64,000 nucleotides of DNA from Trichoplax adhaerens. Its lineage: Eukaryota; Animalia; Placozoa. The stretch's first letter is position 1. Every line of letters starts with the position of its first letter. The DNA lies in contig NW_002060947.1 of assembly GCF_000150275.1 (NCBI RefSeq), positions 2,593,740-2,657,739 of the forward strand, given 5' to 3'. Shown piece after piece: positions 13,998-28,574 of this stretch. The translations under genes and the position numbers were made by a program. The notes beneath the pieces are model-generated. The model worked only from the letters and a program-made list of their open reading frames with translations. It was not told the DNA's origin and ran no database searches.

Positions 13998-15186
13998 TCA
14001 GCCGGTAGCAATAGTTATTGCAGGTTCTTGAAGGCCTAGTTTACTGAATACGAGTAGAAAAATATTGCTTAGTGCTAGTATGAAAGGTACCAAAGTAGCA
14101 TGTACTGTATTCGATGCATAACAATTTATCCAGATATATTTCGTAAGTAAGCTGTACTGTTTCAAGTGTAAAGTGAAATATCATTGTATTACATATCTAA
14201 TGCCACTTACATTTCTCTAACAAACGTTTCCAAAGAGATCCTGTTTAGTTGCATGCCCGTTGGGTATTTATTATACTCCTTAATTCCAAGCAGTTTGATT
14301 GCTGAAACACAATGCGTGATAATAAATAAATTATATTATAATGGCGTATCACTAATATTAGTCAATTTAATTAAATATGTTGCTAAACGAACATATAGAT
14401 TGATTCTGACAATGAGAGTATATTATAGAGCTTCACTAGAGTACTCTGCCGCCTTTTATTACCTTCATGATATTGCTCGTTAGTTATATAGCCACGATTT
14501 GTTGCATCAAGCGTGCGATATAGAGAGGTAATATTTGATTCGTCAAATAATCTGGGTGGCTGATGTTGTACTGCCCTGGCGTCGCGTATTTGCTCAATGC
14601 GCTCCAATAAATATTCTTTGGGGTTTTCTGGATAAGCAACACGATTAAATATATGAATAGCTGTAGCGTTACTAATCGATATACTATTAATCAGTCATAA
14701 TACATATACGTTTGCACATTGACTAATAAAGTAGCCATCTTGTGGTTTTCTTAGTTAGCAATTAAATCGAAGACGATACTTGTAAATGAGTACATACACT
14801 AAATTTGGATCTAGAAGGTAAACTTAAGCTAATAGATCAGCTACTACCATTGCTTGAATTCCACGTGAGAACATGTTAGTGTAAAACTACTATCTATGGC
14901 TTGTATGTGTTTCTTTATGTGTTCTTTCTAAGTAAGTAACAATTACTCTAAATAATCAATGCAGGAAGAATAAATCTTCATTTATTCCCATGTCTAAGGT
15001 GATTCTTAATATATTTTATATACTTATTTTTAAAAATTTACCTGGTCTACTGTAAATGAGCGATGACGTCAGGCTTTCAAATAATTCTATAAGTTTGTGA
15101 GTTTCTAAATAATCCAGAGCAGCAGCTTCTTTTACATTCATTAAAGATTTATCAAGGTTGTGCTTCTTTTCGTCGCACTCACTCAT
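13998..15186 (-). CDS. EFCAB10: EF-hand calcium-binding domain-containing protein 10-like (RIIa/DPY30-type dimerisation N-terminus plus degenerate EF-hand)
   Basis: Four exons: ALDYLETHKLIELFESLTSSLIYSRP|ENPKEYLLERIEQIR...LFDESNITSLYRTLDATNRGYITNEQYHE|AIKLLGI...ISLETFVRE|IKLGLQEPAITIATG*. Confidence 0.85.
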
Positions 15187-16584
15187 ATTTCTCGGATAAG
15201 GACAATGGTACGAATGTAATTATGAGTTTTGGATTGCTGCAGCAAATTAAATGTATCGAACTCAGAGTTTGTGAAAGATGTTCTATTCACATATTTAGAT
15301 AGTTGTAAGCAATCTAGCATTGTGTTTAAAATAAAATTATGAATTTAAAGCTTGTTTTGCTCGTATTAATTGAGATATTCTACTTTATACAGCAGGCGTA
15401 TTATTGCCCTGTATTACACAATAAATCATGATAGCAATCGACAATCTGCAAGTTGAACATGTAATAAAGATATAGGCATAAATCCTTAGATAGATGCAAG
15501 GGTGTATGTACTATGTTTATGACTACTAAATAAATTGTCGTATGGTTACTAATTTTTAAATGATTGTCTTTAACTTTTCAGTGCATAATGATACTTTTAC
15601 GATTATCCTACAGTCAGAATCGATAGATCCTTATCAACTCAGCTAAGTTTTAAAATTTATTGTTCCGACGTATTTTTTCGGTATTCTTACTGCAACATGT
15701 AAAATATCGTACGTATACTCTTTGATTTATATTAAGTAGGAAAGTATATAACCAAAGGATAACATCTGAAGAGACTTAAAAAGAAATTTGAAAGTTACGC
15801 TACTTTGATTGCCTGATGATGCACAAATGCAATGGAACTGATCTTAGTAATCATTGGTTTATGATTATATTATTTCCACGTATATAATTACGGTTAATGA
15901 GTACTGTTAAAGTGATAGATTTTTGTACGAGTACGTATTTGAGCATTTTCGTAGCGAGTTCACCTTAATCTTTTGAGATTGCTCTTATATGATATATTAC
16001 ATGAATGTACAAAATTATATGCAAATTACAGTGTATGAATTGTGATTACACGTATGTTAAATATACCTTACACGTGCATACGTTTAATCAAATTAGAATG
16101 TTCTTGAAGAGTCGGGGTCGAAGATTTGACTAGAATTAGTAATACGTCGATTTAAAATTGTTAGTAATAATTCGGTTCTGTAGTTTAAATAAATTAATTG
16201 TAAATTAAAAAGTATAGTAGTATTAGACTTAGAAGACAGTAGATATTGTTATAGATGGAACGAACTTACAGTTCACAGAATCTTCTTTGCGTATATCTCC
16301 AAGTGAATGTTGCAACTAGTACTTAAAAAGGGATGAAATATTATTATGCCGACTTTGAATTGTATATTATAAGATGCTACGTTTCTATGATTATTTTAGT
16401 ACACATTTACAAGAGTGAGTATAGAAATCGTAACCGTAACGTAAAAACGTATCAGTCACTACCATAGAGTTACTGTACAGTATAGTATAATATATTGGTA
16501 TATATATACAAATATGTATAATAAATAAATAATAATATATATATAATATAATATTCATACGACACTGGTTGGTAATATCATCTT

Positions 16585-16601
16585 GTTACCATGGTGATTG
16601 G
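16585..16601. promoter_or_regulatory. RFX X-box-like site with overlapping CCAAT box upstream of EFCAB10
   Basis: GTTACCATGGTGAT (consensus GTTNCCATGGNAAC, one half-site intact), with ATTGG at 16597-16601. Confidence 0.45.
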
Positions 16602-16619
16602 TGAGCCTAAGAAGCCCAT

Positions 16620-16885
16620 TGCACTGTGCACTGTGTACTGTGCACTGTGTACTGTACACCGTACAGTACAGTACAATACAGTACAGTACAGTACGGTATT
16701 GTACAGTACAGTACTGTGCTTTATACTTCGCTAAAACAGTACTACAGATACTTTATTACATACTGAACAGATTTCTAATGATACATCTACTGTATTGTAC
16801 AGTATACTGTACAGTGTACAGTACAGTACAGTACTGTACAGTACGCTATCGCCGAAACCCGTACACTACAGTACTGTACTGTACA
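16620..16885. repeat. (GTACW)n pentamer array in the EFCAB10/ORC5 divergent promoter
   Basis: gtacagtacagtacaatacagtacagtacagtac..., gtacagtacagtacagtactgtacagtac and similar runs. Confidence 0.9.
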
Positions 16886-17106
16886 GGACCTAACATTTAA
16901 ACAGGACAAATTGCGACTACTAACAATAAATACTATATACTGTATATATCCCTTAATTAAACTGAGTCCATGGATTAGACAAATTAATTTCATTTTATAT
17001 CTTATCTTATATTTTATTTTTATTTGGAATTAGCTATACTTTAAGTTGTTAGCTTTCATGAAAATATGTCTATTATAGTATAAGGGATTGTTGGCTAATT
17101 CTTACA

Positions 17107-20100
17107 ATGGATTCCGATCACCTTAACAAAAGATACTCAAAATCTGACATAGACATTATTTTCAGTAAAATTCTTTGCAGAAGCGAACAGGTTATTCCGT
17201 TATTGTTATTGTTAGATTCGGTGAGTTTGCTTTTGCATTACGCTGAAATGCGTATTATTGACTGTAAGTACTTTAGTATTCCATTTATTGATATAATATA
17301 TGTGGAATACTGTACATTGTGAATTTTATCTTGGGCATGATATACTAGTACAATACTGTACTGCAGTATATGGAAGTGATGCGTGAGTATACTACGTAAT
17401 GTAATGTAATGTAACGTAAAATTGAACATGCAAATGAATGAACTATTCTTACTGAAATCTACATCTTTCGGTAGGAACTTTAGTCCTTAAAAAGTGATAT
17501 TCTGTATAGCGCCGGTGGTAGCTCCATCGCTGACAATATTCGTAGTTCCGTACCTATCCTGTATGACTTTGTATTCCGTCATATAAATATAATGTAATTA
17601 TATTATGATTGCTATCTATGATTATACAGGAAATATTGTAATACATCAGAATGGGATGATTCTTAATTTACTAATAATAAAGTTATTTCTAGTCATCCTA
17701 CGTTGAATAAAGTTCGTATAGTATACTTACAATTGCTATAAGCATTATATTAATGCACTATTTTTACGTTAGAAGACTAGATGTACGATACAGTAAAGCA
17801 CCATCGCTTCGCTCACAGTGAAATATTTTAGTTCGCTTCGTTCATTCTGCATTGTAGTTATGAATGTTCTTCTAAATTTATCATAAGACTAGTTAAAACA
17901 CCGTATTTAGTTATACTACACATAAGACGGTAAAAGAGATTTCAATGCACGTATTTTGCCACTTTCTAGGGATGTTCCTATTGCCCAAACATATTCCTAT
18001 ACGGTCAGGCTTCCACTGGTAAAACGTTTGCAGTCCAGAATATCATGAATATTCTTAAGGTCTGAGTTATTTCCTACATTTAATCAATTAAGTTTGATTA
18101 AAATCATTAGGCATAGAATACTTTACCTTATAGAGATACTATTGCATTAATGCTCATTAATTAAGTAATGAGCTACCTGTACATCTGTACAAACTTATGA
18201 ATTTAGGCTCTCAGGGCTTTATAACTTTATCTTTTGTTACTTCAGGTAGTCAATGATACTAAAATTTATGTTGCAGTTACCACATGCATTTGTTAATTGT
18301 TTGGAGAGTCAATCAGGTCGGCAGTTCTACAGACACATACGAAAGTCCATAGGTCATAAAAGCTTGCAAGTAAATCTCGACAGAAATAACTATTGTGATA
18401 ACATCGAAGGTTTTATCAAGTATCTCAAAGACGTTATGAAGGAGCATGGGAAAGCCTTCTACATGGTACTATTTATATCGTTCATACAGATAAATATTAT
18501 GCTATCATAAATCAAATAATAAATTCTTCACGGAGTAGTTAGATACTATACTTAAGTGTGTAGCTGTAACCTATAGTACGAAGTTACAAGGCAATGTGAC
18601 CTCTGGCGTCTGTGCATATTAATATTCGTAGGTTTTCGATAATGCGGATCGTATTGGCAACTTAGATTCCACGTTGTTCTCCATACTTCTTGGTTTAAAG
18701 GAATTGGTGCGACGTAGAAAACATTTTTTCTGTTAGCTTATTTAAATACTAAAATCAAAATGTTTTTATAACATAGGTTGACCCCAAAATTACAGTTTTT
18801 CTCATTAGTAATTTATCTTGGGAAGATCTGTCACTTAGTATAAATTGTCGCCAACCTTTTCTCCAGTTCTTTCCTAATTATCAGAAGGGTTAGTACTGAT
18901 GATATCCTGAGGTTTATATCCTAAAAGGCTAACAACATTTTGACACTATATTTACAGACGAACTTGTGACTATCTTAAGTCAAAGTTGCAAATTATCCGA
19001 CGATCAATCATTCAATGCTTGCTACTTAAATGAAATATTAGGTGTCTTTCTTTCGGTTTGTCGAGATTTGCGGGAACTGAGCTATCTTGTAGGTTCTAAG
19101 TAATTATTTATATGTCAATGCTGAATGACCATTATGCACAATAAAAATTAACTAGCTGTAGAAAGATAAGGGATACAAATGAAATCAAAAATCTTATCTG
19201 TAAATGACTTTCTAGGCTCAGAAATGTTATTCGTTGTACCGAAAGCCTATAGATTCCGGAAAAGGTAAGAATCATTCGTATTCCTAGATCATTTTTATAC
19301 CTTTTTTATTTTCGATATATTCGTAAATAATTGAGTTACTTAATTTGTGTACGCTATCTTAGTCGATGTATGTGAAACTCGGGTTCTTTGGACGCATTTT
19401 CGATCGCACTTTAAGTCGGCCCTATCAAAAATGTATCTTAGAGAGAGCAACAGGTAATAAATTTAGAACGCATTAGAGCATTTCACTATTAAAATTGTAT
19501 GGAAGGTAAAGGTTGTTATGGCATTTTTGTTATTTAGTTTTCAGTGGGATAAAATGAATCGTTGTTATGGAAACTCTAATGAAGATACAGAAAATTTATC
19601 GAGTTTGCCTAATATAGATCGAATTCAGTTACCTCTCTATTCGAAATATTTACTTATAGCGGCATACTTGGCCTCATATAATCCTGTTAGTTCTGATAAG
19701 AAACTTATGAAAAAGGTAATCGTGTAACTTCACTTCACCATTTGTTATCATTTATGTAGCAGCGGAAGAAGTTTGTAAGTTATTGCTAATTAAAATGCGT
19801 CTCTTTAGGATAAACGATCTGGAACTAAAGCCTCTAGGCAGTATAGAGCTAGAAAGGTTCAATCTTCATTCATGAATTTTGACTATATTGCGACAATGTA
19901 CTTTTAGTATTGTTAACATGGTGCCGATGTATCTAGATTGACGGTTGGCTATCGGGCCCAAAACAATTTAGTATCGAACGTATATTGGCAATATTCCATA
20001 ACATCATTGAAGACGATGTACCAACCAATATCAATATTCTTGGCCAGGTCCACAAGAAATTTTGATGCGTTTAACATTCTTTATTGACTATTTAGTTAAA

Positions 20101-20505
20101 TGATATTACCATGTGTGTAATGCAGCGTTGCATTTGTTATAAATTACAAATTTTCTTTATCAAGATTACTTCCTTGGTATCCTTGCAATATCTTACAAGG
20201 AATTCTGATGAAACTTCCACGACATATACGGTATATTCGTAAGATGTATGCAGTTTAGGTAGTTCTTTTAAGTCTTATTGTAATTAACGCAGAGCTTAAA
20301 TTATTTTTAGTGCTTGGCAACTTTCGATTTTATTCGAAGTATCTCTAGGTTAGTACAACAGTTTCTCAGATTTAATTTTCCGGCTATATTTCTGTATGAG
20401 CGGGATATGCTAAAAGTTTTGACGTTTCAATTTTGCCATTGTGTTGTTTAAACTATCAGGAGCGTACAGTTTGATATTGTACCATATCTCTTTAATTTCT
20501 CCTGA
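17107..20505 (+). CDS. ORC5: Origin recognition complex subunit 5 (multi-exon)
   Basis: CRSEQV N-terminal motif; Walker A IFLYGQASTGKT; AFVNCLE; VFDNADRI; FFPNYQKDEL; CRDLRELSYL; LPLYSKYLLIAAYLASYNP; GPKQFSIERILAIF; ends SVQFDIVPYLFNFS* (stop 20503-20505). Confidence 0.96.
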
Positions 20506-21823
20506 ACTTGGGCACTGCAAATTGGCCACCATTTCATTTTAAATGATACCGTCTTGCTGTGAGAAGATATTAGTCTCTGCAAACTACCGAATTCAATACG
20601 GATCCTCAAATTTCAACAAATTGTTTATTACTTTGAGATTGTATGAGTGTTATCATACTACAAAATGTATGTTATTAGAACTTTGAATAAGCTATGAAGG
20701 TGTATATTTCCTTTTAGTTATCAGGGATAGTGAGCATCTTGGATGTTATAAGTATTTTTGGTTATTTTTCTGATTAACCGCCTCAGCATTTGAAGTTCCA
20801 TTAGTAATTTTATTGTAGAACTTCATTCTAAATTGTTTTGGTGCTACTTGCCATTCAATATAATTATATAATTAACTACTATAACTGTTTATTTCGAACA
20901 ATCCACTTTTAGAAAGAAAATTAAAAGTTTGAATAAATTATAATCATTGTTTACTAACTGTAAGCCAGTTTGTGCAACTAAGCCATGTATTATTACTTAC
21001 TGTATGTAATAGAAACATATATAAACTAATAAGAGTGCGAAGAATGACAGTATTAAACTCTACGAAACACCTAAGCTGTGCTTTGCTAGTATAATTTAGG
21101 CAGTAAATTTTTATTAAGTGCTGATAATTTATGATGATGACGGGAGAGCAATATGAAGACTTACCATGTACAACGTTTCATAACGATTTGTATGATGCTA
21201 TATAGTTTATTTTCTACAGCATTGTATTGTTATAACACCACTTTATACTCATATAAAAACAGCGGGATTAAAAGGAAGGGATGGTTTAGGATTTTTGGTC
21301 TGTTAGATAGCGTTACAACGTTACTGACATAGTATTGACTTGAACAATTACGTGAGTAATTAGCAGCAATGAAGATGCTGTAAAGGTTAAGCTGAGTCAG
21401 GCTGTTGATTTATTATCCCTGAAAGTAAACCATTCATAAACTACTGTCAGGTAACACTTAGGCGTAGTTACGATGCGTTATCCAAAGGGATTACTGCTAT
21501 TTAACGAAATTGCATACTTCCGATAACATGCGTGATACGTGACACCATATCCACTTTTTTGTGATGAACGCGGCAGACTTAGCTATTCACATACAAGGAA
21601 TACAAACACTAATTTATTTCCGAAGATTCTTCGCTTGATATAAAAATGGAGAATTAGGTATACGATTTAATAATGATTAGACATTTCCGCTATTTACATA
21701 AGAATAGATTGAAAAGAGCTACTAAAATTAAATTTTGATCCAATAACTGCATTTATATTTCGTTCTTAAGTGAAAATTTAGCAGATTGCAAAGCTACGAA
21801 TATTCCGATCATACTTAAAGGAC

Positions 21824-24800
21824 CTATAGATCAAACTTTGCGCACTTTTTCATATCTAAGAGCAGCTTTGGGCAGATGATTCCTAATTCAGAAAATCGTA
21901 ACTTCGTTATCTATTCCGTTTGTTTAAGTACAAGAATGCAATAGGAAGTGTTATTGGCTAACCATCTATATCCAGCGTCTTATATTTCAGCACACATCGT
22001 TTTCCATCTTCTCGCAATTTGATTATTTCAGCAAAATACTATAATGCAATAAAATTTCAGAGCATACAAGTATTCCTTTGGTTATATATCCAGGTATGCT
22101 TTCTAACAATAGGGCAGATTTGCTTACAAGTTACAATAGGACTTACTTCAACGATATGCCTGTCACTATCTTTTACGTCAATATCAGCCAAAAAATGACT
22201 AGAGGACTAAAGATAAAACCGCAGATATTACTTTAGATCGTAAAGCGGGTAATCAGAAGAGAAAATATCTATAGTGTACCAATCAGTGATCTATCTGCTA
22301 CCTTATAATAATCAATGCAATGTTCGTAAAGCCTATTTAGTCATGTATAAACGATAAAGAAATTCTCATCACTAAAACATGATAATGCCGATTATAATCT
22401 GGGGGTTTTATACGCGTACTTTAAATGATTGACAATTTATTACTTACGTTGTAGTACTGTTTAATCGTGAACAAAACAAAACGTAATAGATAAATGCCTT
22501 GCCTATGATTTCAGCGTAGATACTATAAATGTATCATTAGTAATTCAAGAATCAATATCAGTGAACTATAAACTTACTAACGATGCAGATTCATGCAATT
22601 AAGGCATGTATGAATTATACCTTTTTACATATGCAAAGAAATATTTTTCGCTCTAATAATACATTAAATAGAAAATATAAAACAAACAATAATATCTATG
22701 ATTAGTGATCATAAACCGTTTACCAGAAAAAATGTTAATTCCCATTATTACTGATCTAATTATGGACAAATGAAAAACAATAATTGTAGTAATACATATT
22801 ATCATCTTACCTTCCACTTGTTATCTTTATTAATCAATCTATAAATGATTCTTCCTTTATACGGGGGAGTCACGATTACGTTTTTATCACAATTTATAAT
22901 GGACACATAGCGCTAAGTTTCGTAATTTAAAGCAGTTAATAATATAAATTAGACAAATATACCAGTATTATAACCGAAAGATTAGAAGATAAATCTAAAT
23001 TTATTACAATACCAGTATTACAAAAAACATCTGCGAAATCGATTAACCATGCTGTTATATTATCGCACATTATAAATTATGCAGAGTAGGAAGCGTATTA
23101 GAATTCTGGAGTAACTACAGTAATAACTTTCACCCTGTACTACGAGAATTGGCGAGGCTTTGATGACTAGCTTCGAATTAATTTTAGTCTTAACTAGACC
23201 ACCAGAATGTCTTCGTGTGCAAGTGTACATTGTACAATAATATTCGTATAGATTATTGAAGCAACTTCCATATGCCTAAAATCTTAACTAGATGGTCTAA
23301 AACTAATTACACCAACAACTTTCTCTAGATGGTTTCTTTGAATTTAGTCAATAAATTTACATATTAACAAGATTTAAAAGTATTTATTGTAATTATACAA
23401 ATATTATGGTTTCTAATCTATCTAATAGTTAAAAATCATATGTTAGTGGTATAGCCTTAACGAATTAACCAGTTTCAAACATCATCGAAGTGACTTTTTC
23501 TTGCAAGGCTGATGCGTACATCCAATTTATATTTGATTAAGGGCATTACAAGTCATTATAAGTCGTGACTAACTTACAATCGTCGGTTTCTAAGTGTACA
23601 GTGTATAATACCTCAATAGCTTTGGGTACGACTTCAGTACCAATAAGGCCTAGTAATTTGGTCCTGTGAGATTTTATCAAATTCAACATACGAAATATTA
23701 TAGATTTCTTTTCAACGCAATATATTATATTATAATATGTTATACCACCATGAAGCAGATATGTACTAACTTCGCGAGATCGGCTATCTTAAGAGGTTCC
23801 TTTCTCCGAACATAAATATAGGTAGGGTAGCTATCATTTCATATACAAAATATTTTGCCGTTATGATGGCATAGATACACTTATATACACTAACTAAAAT
23901 CACAAATACTTCTTTTCTTTCTTATAAATTATACCTAGCTTCTTCTGGTAAAAATTTTCTTAAAAAATTTATCCATTGTTGAACGATACTACAGAATTCA
24001 AAATTCAAAAATACTTAAAATTAACTCTAACGGTTACTAACGTAATGTACTTAAAAATGATGCATACCTTCTAGCACCATGCTTTGCACAACTTACGACT
24101 ACGACAGGTCGACCACATAGAAGTGCATACAATAAATGTACGAGATTTTCGTGGTAATAAGCCAATAAGATTTCTGTGCACAGATTGTATATTTCATAGA
24201 CGTTAATTTGCATCCATAAGAACGTTAAATATCAGATAACACTTACGATTCTCTCTGAGACCACCAGGATTCTCGCTATTAGAATAACATTGAATTAAAT
24301 TTTTATACTGTTCTAATAAATTTCTTAAATAGTTTGCGAATAAAACTTTAATACAAGAAATATGAATGTGCTACCGAAAATTTAATCGCACCTAGGTGTC
24401 ATATAGGATAAATTCTCGTCTTCTGTAATTCACATATTACGTGAAAAAATTTTAGGTAATAAATGCAATTATTGCAGTGTTATTGTACGAGTATATCTAT
24501 ATTAATTATTTACAAGGTGTTGTACAGTTACGCACAAGGACAGCGTGATGTATGAAAATAAGATCGTAAATTAGACAGGAACGGACTGATAAATAATGAG
24601 AGGTGCTAACTGCTTACGATCGTTTTAATAAATCTGAATAGGTTTATACCGATTCCGAAATTTACCTCTAACGGGATGAATTTTATTAGAGCTGTCGTAG
24701 CTTTGAGTAACACTCAGGTTTAAATCAGCTGACAGATTAGCTATCTGTACATTGCTATAATGACAGATAACAAATATCAATCGTTAGTATTTGTAATATA

Positions 24801-27800
24801 ACCGATTGATTCTAAGAGTACGAATGAAATTTGAATAAAGAATGTTATAATAATACGATAGGATCATCTAGAGTAGTAATCAGAATTGTGGTGATATTGT
24901 AATTTAATTGGCTAATACTAGAAAATGAAAACTCTGTTTAAAAATAATAATGTACCTTGAGGTTTCATTGATTGTGGCAACATAGCCACTAGGAACAGTT
25001 CTGTAAACTTCCTCCTAACATAAAGTGATTGAATTATTTTAGGATATAGTTTACGCTACAGTAAATTTTTCCTTTTTAGGTAAAATATTCTTTCGATACG
25101 TCTTTTAAATATTGTAGTTCGTGACATCAATGTCAACAACATAAAACAACCTTTTCAAATATCGTCGTATCACTTTCTGTAGAAATTGATGGGGCATTCG
25201 ATAAAGCTATGTAGTTAGCACTTGGTAGGCTAATGAAATTTAGGAAATGCCTTTAACTTCATTAGGTTATCTCCAAGTTGTATCACATTTATATGAATCA
25301 TGTCATTTGTCTTATAAGAGCAGCTAAGTGCATAATTATAATTGGTTTAGATAATAATGTTGATTATAATTATCAAGCATTGTACGTACTCTGTAATATT
25401 GCTATTATACCATGGTTGTGACCTTGCTATTTATGAAAACGAATACGAAATATAAATTATAGTGCATTACGTGTTTACAAATTAACATCATACTTAAATA
25501 GTACCTAAAAGTCTACGACTTCGTAACTCTGTATCCAAGGAGATTGGATTTCGGCTTAATCGCTTTTAACGTAACATTAAAATCAAAAAAATTTTAAAGT
25601 TTATTATAAGTATTAAGGCCTATACTGTAATAAAAAGGGAAATCTTACTCACCATTAGTATTTGTTTGACATATTTTATAGTTATCAAGAAGCTAGAACC
25701 ACAAAGATCAGAGATAGGTCTTTTCAAAGTAAAACGTAGACTATATTAAACACAATGTATTAATTATAACGTTTTTTAGATGATTTCAAATTTACCTAAG
25801 TGTAGGGATCGATGATCTTGGCTGTGAAGCCCTAACAGACCTAGCCTACCGTTTGATATTCAGTTAAAATAACTTATATAAACAATCATTTAACTGTACT
25901 GTACAGTATATGTCAACTTACTTGGTCAACATTTGGTTGATAATTACTATCAACAGGAAAGGATAATGCTAAAATAGTATGATATCGGTTATTTCGGATA
26001 GGTTCTTAATATCATCGATCTTATTTACAGTTAATAACGGAGTGGAACGAACTTAAAAATACAAGTAAATTAGGCATACTTACATCGTTTTCTAAATAAA
26101 TGGTGTCTTACATGCTTTAGGGCATCTTCATATTCTCTATTTAATTTCGCTATGATAAATTAATGAAATATTAAATGCGGAACGTAAAACATGATTTGTA
26201 ATATAATTGAATTAGGGTAATAGCTTGCCTGTTCTCTTTGCCTTAATGTGTCCAGAATCAATATTGAGTTTTTTTTCTAAAGAATTTAATTCTTCGATCA
26301 CGGAAGGGTTACTTTCCTGTCATGTAATATTTCAGCAACAAATACGAATATACTACTTTTAGAGCCAATTCGATAAAAATTATATGAACACAGTTCATGA
26401 ATGATCAGATACTACATGTTAGATCTAGCGCAGGATTTCGAATTATCATACCTCCATTTCTTCTAAAACTTTTAAAACGTTTTTCATTTCAAGAATAGAC
26501 TTCTGAAGATGATTTTACACCCGGAACCCATTAATTAACGAGTAGAAAATGTTCTTACAATTGAATTATTTTTGAATTTGCAGTGTAAATTTCTAATTTT
26601 ATAACGTGCATTGTATTATCCCAGCAACGCTCGGTATACTTACATCGTGTTGCGTACTGCTGTGACCTTCCGCGGTGTTCACATCTACTCATGTTGCAAA
26701 ATAAGGACGCCTTTGTATTATTAATTTTTACCTTAAGTATTTGACTCATGCACGCATAACTATTGTAGGATGTTTAATATATACGTTTTAAACAAATGTT
26801 ACCCGTAAGGTATCGCATATGATTCAAGAGGTCGTGCCTAAATTTTCTGTAGTTGCCACACTTCAAAAAGCACATTGCCTAATCAAAAGAATTTAAAAGG
26901 ATGAAGTATTCTGATAACTGATTGCTATAATTATAATTAATGTGATTAAAATAAATAGTAGGCTGAGTAGAGATCAAGCACCTTGCTAAATTCACTGCAA
27001 AGATGATTGAAGTCATGCAAAATCGTCCTATAAGTTGTAACAGCATATGAAATTATAAGTAATAAATATAGCAACGGTCTTTTTAAATACTTCCAAAAAA
27101 TTTCTTAATCTCAGCTCTAACATTCTATTGTTCGTAATGTAGGACAAGCAGAAAGGACGGACGAATCCTCTAGCAGTTATATCATACATGGTAAAATACC
27201 GCAACTAAGATGCAAGAAGATTTTGTGATTGGTCAGGTTAGCAGCAGTCACAATAGAACATCATTTTGAAATTGAACATACTATACCATAATATTTCATT
27301 TTAGTTGTAGTCATAAAAGCGCGAAATAGTTAATACGAGTATATATATATATATACACTTACGACTTAAAGCACTGCATTTAAAAAAAATAAATAATTTC
27401 TTTTACTGCTGTTTAAAAGCATGTTTGTATTTTAAAACCCTCCTAGTACCTTTATTAAGGATACATACATAACTATGTGCATTTTGTTCCTTATGTGACA
27501 TGACCAGTTGAGAATCATCAACTATGCTAAAACCATGCCTGCAATATTAAGATTTTACGATTCATAACTCCAAAGTTAATAATTCTTAAATGTAGGTACT
27601 AATAATTCAGCAATTACGCAAGGTAAGAGCTCTCGAATAACAGTAAAGTACAATGAATATCTAGTCAGTTTGGCGGATACAGTTTATTACAATGTATACT
27701 GACCCTTCGCGAGATTGATAGTCAACCGACATTGCTTCTAAAGCAAAATTACTTTTATCAAAATTGCTGCCTCCATGATTGGGAATGGTCATCTGAAATG

Positions 27801-28574
27801 CAAGAATAAGGTACGTTCGAGCTTTTCAAAACACCATAGTTTCAAACTAACTAATATACTCATAAAATGAATGATATACTAGTAGTACTGGCATTTATTG
27901 TTTCATTTTGGATTCGCAAGGTTTATGTGTTTATATACGCTATACCAGGATTATGTTATTTTACACTAACTGTTATACTGTACTGCAGTGCTCCATACAA
28001 TCCTATTGTTGATTCTTCTATACATACGTACTTTATACTTTGCAGTATGGTTTGTATTTACTGTATTATTTTGGGGAGTGAAGAAAGTCATCTGAATATA
28101 CGCTTACAATTATAGTACATAATAAAAAAGTGTGGAGTATATATGAAAACACAGCTGGCTAGATGATCATGCCTGAATAACGGTATTCTAATAACACTTG
28201 ATCCTACCTTCTAGAAATTTAACTTCTTAGAAGGAGTTATTGACACTTACCAACGGCTTGGGACCCTCAATTTCAGAAAATTCTACCAATAATATAAAAT
28301 CTTGCTCAAAATTTTTATTCGTCCAGGGACAGGAAGGCTGGATCGACGTTTGAAATCCGCGGGTAATGTCATCAAATTGCGATCGTTTCCCATCTATGTT
28401 GTATCTTGTCTTAGCTGCAGCTGCACGCAATCGATTAGTGCTGTCAGCTTTAGCAGAAGTCATTCCATCAAATTCATCAATTGTGTTTTGAATCGAAGCA
28501 GCAATTGATGGAGACTCGGCCATCCTATATGCATCGTATATACCATGCATTTTCTTCCACCTTATACTGTACAA
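21824..28574 (-). CDS. SMCR8: SMCR8-like DENN/folliculin-family protein (C9orf72-SMCR8-WDR41 complex), more than 20 exons
   Basis: uDENN FEQDFILLVEFSEIEGPKPL; MSVDYQ; YFTMYDITARGFVRPFCLSY; LYALLCGRPVVVVQSMV; C-terminal YFAEIIKL...KFDL* (stop 21824-21826). The start may be the second Met (MHGIY, ~28547). Confidence 0.9.

Noticed and set aside
27457-27464. GTATCCTT on the minus strand in SMCR8
   Set aside because: It is 4 nt downstream of the in-frame canonical donor (TAT|gtatgt); using it would shift the frame.
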